64,000 nucleotides of DNA. Origin: a virus. Below are positions 59,858 through 64,000 of the stretch, in pieces. The position numbers and the translations under genes are program-made. Every line of letters begins with the position of its first letter. Within the stretch, counting starts at the first letter, position 1. A model generated the notes under the pieces. That model saw nothing but the letters and a program-made list of their open reading frames with translations, ran no database searches and was not told the origin of the DNA. The stretch is from positions 1 through 64,000 of the IMG/VR virus record IMGVR_UViG_3300032235_000776; one strand, 5' to 3'.

Positions 59858-62800
59858 GTTTAAATTGTATAAGCGCAGATCAGATTAAAGATCTTGAAAT
59901 AAAATATGGAATAACAAATTTAAGTATATTTTCTACTTTAACTCAAATAGAATTACTTGATGATTATTTAGGTAAGGTATCTTTAAAAGATATAAAAGAA
60001 AAAGAAAAAGAAGCAGTAAGAAAAAATCTAAGAGAAGATATACTTGATTTACTTAATGCATTAAATTCTAATGTTGAAGGAGAATCTACATCTATTAATA
60101 AAAATAGTTTTTATGTTCAATTAAAAACAGGAACTGAGGATAAAGATGTAGAAAAAGGATTTAGTAGATTTGATCTAGGTGATTTCTCTGAGATGTTTAA
60201 CTCTGCTTTTATATCTCTATATAATTCAGCATCTTTATTTCAATTGTTAAATGATGAAAAGAAAGCTGCAGGAGTAAAAAGATCAGAGTTTAAAAATGAA
60301 AACTTAACTAAAGTATTTTATAAGTTTTTAAAGCAAATAGATGAAATTACTAAGAAAGAGAATATATTTAGATTAAATGCTATTAAAGAAGTATTTAAGA
60401 ACGAGGATGCTCCCTTTAAAAATTATGAAAAAGATGTTGAGACTAAGATGTTCTATGTAGAACAGGTCTTTCCATTTATGATTGATTTTCTTAGAATGTA
60501 TTATCAAGAATACTTTAAACCAAATATTTGGGCCCCAAAATTTGCAGAAGCAAAAGTGGGTAATGCAGCAAATAGTACTATTGATGAACTTGTAAGAATA
60601 AACCCAGAGTTTGGTGCTTTATCTAGAAGTAAAGATATTCTTGTAGGAACAAATAGAGCCTTTATTGAGTTAGAAGAAGAACTATCTAAAAAGGGTCTAA
60701 CAGTAGAAAAGAAGATAGAAATCATAAACAACTCTCCTTTTAATAAAGTTGCAGATGTATTAATGGAGGCTTTCAGGTATAATGACAAGTCTTTTGGAGG
60801 AATGCAAGATGTTAATAGTGAGGAAATTGCAGAGACAGATGAGGAAAATAATATTCAATCTTCTGATGATACTAAAATTACTAGAGAAGGATTCTCTTCT
60901 TCTGGTAATGAAAAATCAGGTTTTGATTCTGCAAGCAGTGAAACAAAATTAGTATTATCTTCTTTATTTGATATTGGTCCGGAAGGAATGGTTACTGATA
61001 TCTATGGACTTCCAACATTATTAAATGAAGTAGATACTTTTAAACAATTAAGCAAGCTACTGAGAGGTAAAATAGATTACTCAGTTTTCTATAAAACTCT
61101 TCAAGAAAATAGAGAAAAGTATCCATTTATTAAACAATTACTTAGTGATTATTTACCAATTGATCCATCTAAAGATATTGAAGAATTCTTTGATGATCCA
61201 AAATATAATGACAGTAAAAGAAAGTATTTATATAGAGTTAAACAGGCTTTCTTACAGGACCTATCTAAGGATAGATTAGAGGCTAAGGAGATCAATTTAT
61301 TCTTAAAAAAGAAATGGAAGAAAAACGGAACTTCTTATAATGCAATTAGAGCAGAAGTAAATAACGCTAAACAGAAAACACAAGTTTCCATAAAAAGAGA
61401 TGCAACTACTCGTTTCCACCAAAAATATTTTAAAGAGAAACAAAAAGTATTTGGGGAAGCACTAGTAGGTAGTAATCAAAAAATAAGATTAGAGACTTTA
61501 GTAAAAGCGGCTTTAAAGTTTAAAAAAGTAAGTACTCAGTCCCTGGATGACATAAACTTAAAAGATGTGCTAGATATACTAGCTGTTTTTGGTATTGTAC
61601 CTTCTAGAAGTGTAAAATCATTAAGAGGTATAAAGAGATTAATAACCGAAGAGAAAAAGGGTAAAAAAAGCATAGAAAGATTTTTTAGTTTACTACCACT
61701 TGAAGATAACTCCTTGTTTAAAGCAATAGTCACGGATACAAGTAAAAAAAGAATACCAGAAGAAGTAAAGTATTTACAAAAAATAATTTTATCAAAAATA
61801 AAAGAATTTGAGAATAAACCTCAAAGTCTAGAAAATACTCAAGATCTTATTGCTGCCTTAAAGAATCCAGAGTTTATAAATGCAACTCTTAAATCATTAA
61901 AGGTAATAGAAGAAACAAATAATTATACTCTTCAAAATGCAATTAATACAAATAACAAAGTTAAATCATTAGTTGAAGGGTATATAACCTTAATAACAGA
62001 TAGATTTATAGATAGTAAAAAAATATCTTCATCCAAAGAAAAAGGTAAGATATCTTTAACTGCAAAAGAATTAGAAAATAACTTACTTGATGAATTTGAA
62101 GCACTAAATAGAAGAGAGTTAAATGATGAGCTTACAAATAAAATTTCTTCAGCTGAAGAAGCAGACAAACTATTTGATAAACTTACAAACTTAACAGACC
62201 CTATGAATCAATTACAAGACATCATGGATGGATTGTATAAAAGTTATTATGCTTTGGAAGGTGATTACGTATTAGAAGATGATGGTATTACAGATTTTTC
62301 CGGTAAACCAAGGCACTTAATTCAATCTCTTAATAACTTAAAAATTAAAGAAAACGATTTAAATGAAAGAAGTAATAAATTATTAGTTCGTTTCCCTGAG
62401 TTGGACCCTAAAAGAAATCCTTTAATTAAGAGTTCTTTTATATTTAATTTACTTTATGATATTGATGCTGATGGAAATATAAAACCAAAATCCCAAAGCA
62501 ATCTTAAAATAAGTATTAACAGTATCTTAGGGGTTAAATTAGAAAGTAAAGATGTAAACTCTGGAGGATTATCCATTAATAGTCAGTATGAACAGGACCA
62601 AATATTATCTTCAATGATATTATTGTTATTTAATGGTCACGAAGAAAGTATGAACGTAGATAAAGAAGCTGCGTATAACATATTATTTAAAGGATTGAAT
62701 CCTACTGAATATCTTGGTACTACTGAAAAAGTCACAATGACAAAAGACTTTTTACCAATACCTTCTTCTATTATTTCCAATTTTTTTACCGGAGTATCCG

Positions 62801-64000
62801 TGGAAGAATTACAAAGTGATAAAACTATAAAGGTTAAAAAGTATTTAAATTATGCTAAGGGTAACAAAGGGTTAAAAGCAATTGAACCAATTGCAGGATT
62901 GTATAAAAACTACTTAACTCACTATCTATTAATGTATTATAAAATTGAAAAAGGAGATTTACAATATGTTAAAGATGAATATGAAAATTTAGGTAAAAAC
63001 TATAAAGGCTTAGGATTATTCGAAAAAGATAGTTCTAAAGATCCTAAAAACTATATAATTGATGCTAAATTAAAAGAACAACTGAAACAATCAGTACTAG
63101 AATTAAATTTAGAAGGTAAATCTTTAGGTGAGATGACTCAAGAAATTGAGAATGTAATTCTTAATTCAAAAGGTAAAACCAAAACAAAAAGTGGCTACAT
63201 GGATTTCCAACAAGGATTATTTAACCACTTTGTAAATCAAGTAGAAGATTTAGTTGATTCTTTAAGAACATACTCTAAAAATTATAGTGAACTTGACAAT
63301 CTAATAAAACTATTTGAAGGAAATGGAAGTGAAGATGCCAAAAATCCTCTACCATATATAAGCGATCTTATAGATACTGCAGATGGTTTTAGACCGGATA
63401 ATACATCTTTATTAAAAGGATTATTACTAAACTATATAGTTAACTATGAAATATTAGCTCAGGAAAAACTGTTATTATTTTATGGTGACCCAATGTTTTT
63501 AAAAGAGTCATCCTATGTTAAAAGAGCAAGTTCTCCTGGCTCTACAGGTACGTTTGCTAATTTAGATCAATGGGATCTAGATTATTTTAACAATCCTAAA
63601 AATAAATCAGCATTTGCATTTGCTAAAGCATTAAATGAAAAATTAATAAAGGAAAAGAAAACTCCTTTAAATATGGACCTTCATAAACTAGATTATAAGT
63701 TTAGATATGGCCAAGTGGAAGATAATATTATAAAGTCTGCAGTTTATAATCAATTATTAGATGGGTTTAAACAATCCATTAAACAAAGATTTGGTGATAA
63801 ATTTAGTGAAAAAGAAATTGATGAAAAAGCCAAAGTAGCTTTAGCAGCATATAATAAACTAAATGAAGCGGATGGTTATGGAGTTATAACTTTAGATTGG
63901 TATAAGATACTTTCTGAATTAACAAAAACTTGGGGACCAGAACAAGATTATGTTTATGACTTACTAGCAGCCGGAAAAGAAGTTCCTTACTCTTTATTAT
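59854..64000 (+). CDS. virion RNA polymerase-like giant protein (truncated by window end)
   Basis: ATGA overlap at 59854; same frame gives FYGDP...YVKRA and NEADGYGVITLDWYK, resembling crAss-like virion RNAP motifs; catalytic DxDxD not within window. Confidence 0.7.
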   Translation, partial: MSLNCISADQIKDLEIKYGITNLSIFSTLTQIELLDDYLGKVSLKDIKEKEKEAVRKNLREDILDLLNALNSNVEGESTSINKNSFYVQLKTGTEDKDVEKGFSRFDLGDFSEMFNSAFISLYNSASLFQLLNDEKKAAGVKRSEFKNENLTKVFYKFLKQIDEITKKENIFRLNAIKEVFKNEDAPFKNYEKDVETKMFYVEQVFPFMIDFLRMYYQEYFKPNIWAPKFAEAKVGNAANSTIDELVRINPEFGALSRSKDILVGTNRAFIELEEELSKKGLTVEKKIEIINNSPFNKVADVLMEAFRYNDKSFGGMQDVNSEEIAETDEENNIQSSDDTKITREGFSSSGNEKSGFDSASSETKLVLSSLFDIGPEGMVTDIYGLPTLLNEVDTFKQLSKLLRGKIDYSVFYKTLQENREKYPFIKQLLSDYLPIDPSKDIEEFFDDPKYNDSKRKYLYRVKQAFLQDLSKDRLEAKEINLFLKKKWKKNGTSYNAIRAEVNNAKQKTQVSIKRDATTRFHQKYFKEKQKVFGEALVGSNQKIRLETLVKAALKFKKVSTQSLDDINLKDVLDILAVFGIVPSRSVKSLRGIKRLITEEKKGKKSIERFFSLLPLEDNSLFKAIVTDTSKKRIPEEVKYLQKIILSKIKEFENKPQSLENTQDLIAALKNPEFINATLKSLKVIEETNNYTLQNAINTNNKVKSLVEGYITLITDRFIDSKKISSSKEKGKISLTAKELENNLLDEFEALNRRELNDELTNKISSAEEADKLFDKLTNLTDPMNQLQDIMDGLYKSYYALEGDYVLEDDGITDFSGKPRHLIQSLNNLKIKENDLNERSNKLLVRFPELDPKRNPLIKSSFIFNLLYDIDADGNIKPKSQSNLKISINSILGVKLESKDVNSGGLSINSQYEQDQILSSMILLLFNGHEESMNVDKEAAYNILFKGLNPTEYLGTTEKVTMTKDFLPIPSSIISNFFTGVSVEELQSDKTIKVKKYLNYAKGNKGLKAIEPIAGLYKNYLTHYLLMYYKIEKGDLQYVKDEYENLGKNYKGLGLFEKDSSKDPKNYIIDAKLKEQLKQSVLELNLEGKSLGEMTQEIENVILNSKGKTKTKSGYMDFQQGLFNHFVNQVEDLVDSLRTYSKNYSELDNLIKLFEGNGSEDAKNPLPYISDLIDTADGFRPDNTSLLKGLLLNYIVNYEILAQEKLLLFYGDPMFLKESSYVKRASSPGSTGTFANLDQWDLDYFNNPKNKSAFAFAKALNEKLIKEKKTPLNMDLHKLDYKFRYGQVEDNIIKSAVYNQLLDGFKQSIKQRFGDKFSEKEIDEKAKVALAAYNKLNEADGYGVITLDWYKILSELTKTWGPEQDYVYDLLAAGKEVPYSLL

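Noticed and set aside
17546-62168. Short antisense or alternate-frame ORFs inside large late genes
   Set aside because: Low-complexity shadows of the main coding frame with no independent signals
1-64000. Genome-wide TAG recoding as in some crAss-like phages
   Set aside because: Late genes up to 2641 aa are uninterrupted in the standard code; the only interrupting TAG I found is in the Pth2-like gene

Overview
AT-rich 64 kb segment of a crAss-like (Crassvirales-type) Bacteroidetes phage. Left arm (1-8.2 kb): small early ORFs, PhoH, a ClpP-like protease and a tRNA region (24 sense tRNAs covering all 20 amino acids plus one amber suppressor). Next comes a minus-strand cassette (collagen-like fibre, permuted papain-like enzyme, GT2-TPR glycosyltransferase). 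The rest is the crAss-type late module: IHF-like, PD-(D/E)XK, GIY-YIG, TerL, portal, MCP, ring/muzzle proteins, ferritin, cargo proteins and a virion RNA polymerase-like gene truncated by the window end. Main finding: the sense tRNAs form three operons, each preceded by a Bacteroidetes TTTG-N19/20-TAnnTTTG promoter, a leaderless short peptide and a terminator/antiterminator switch. The central codons of each leader list the amino acids, and in several cases the isoacceptors, of the tRNAs in its own downstream array. This looks like a 'codon-checklist' attenuation system that turns on backup tRNAs when the matching host tRNAs fail. A fourth unit couples an amber suppressor tRNA to a Pth2-like peptidyl-tRNA hydrolase gene that has an in-frame TAG at codon 3. 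All tRNA and RNA-structure calls were made by eye, and protein names come from motifs and synteny, not database searches.
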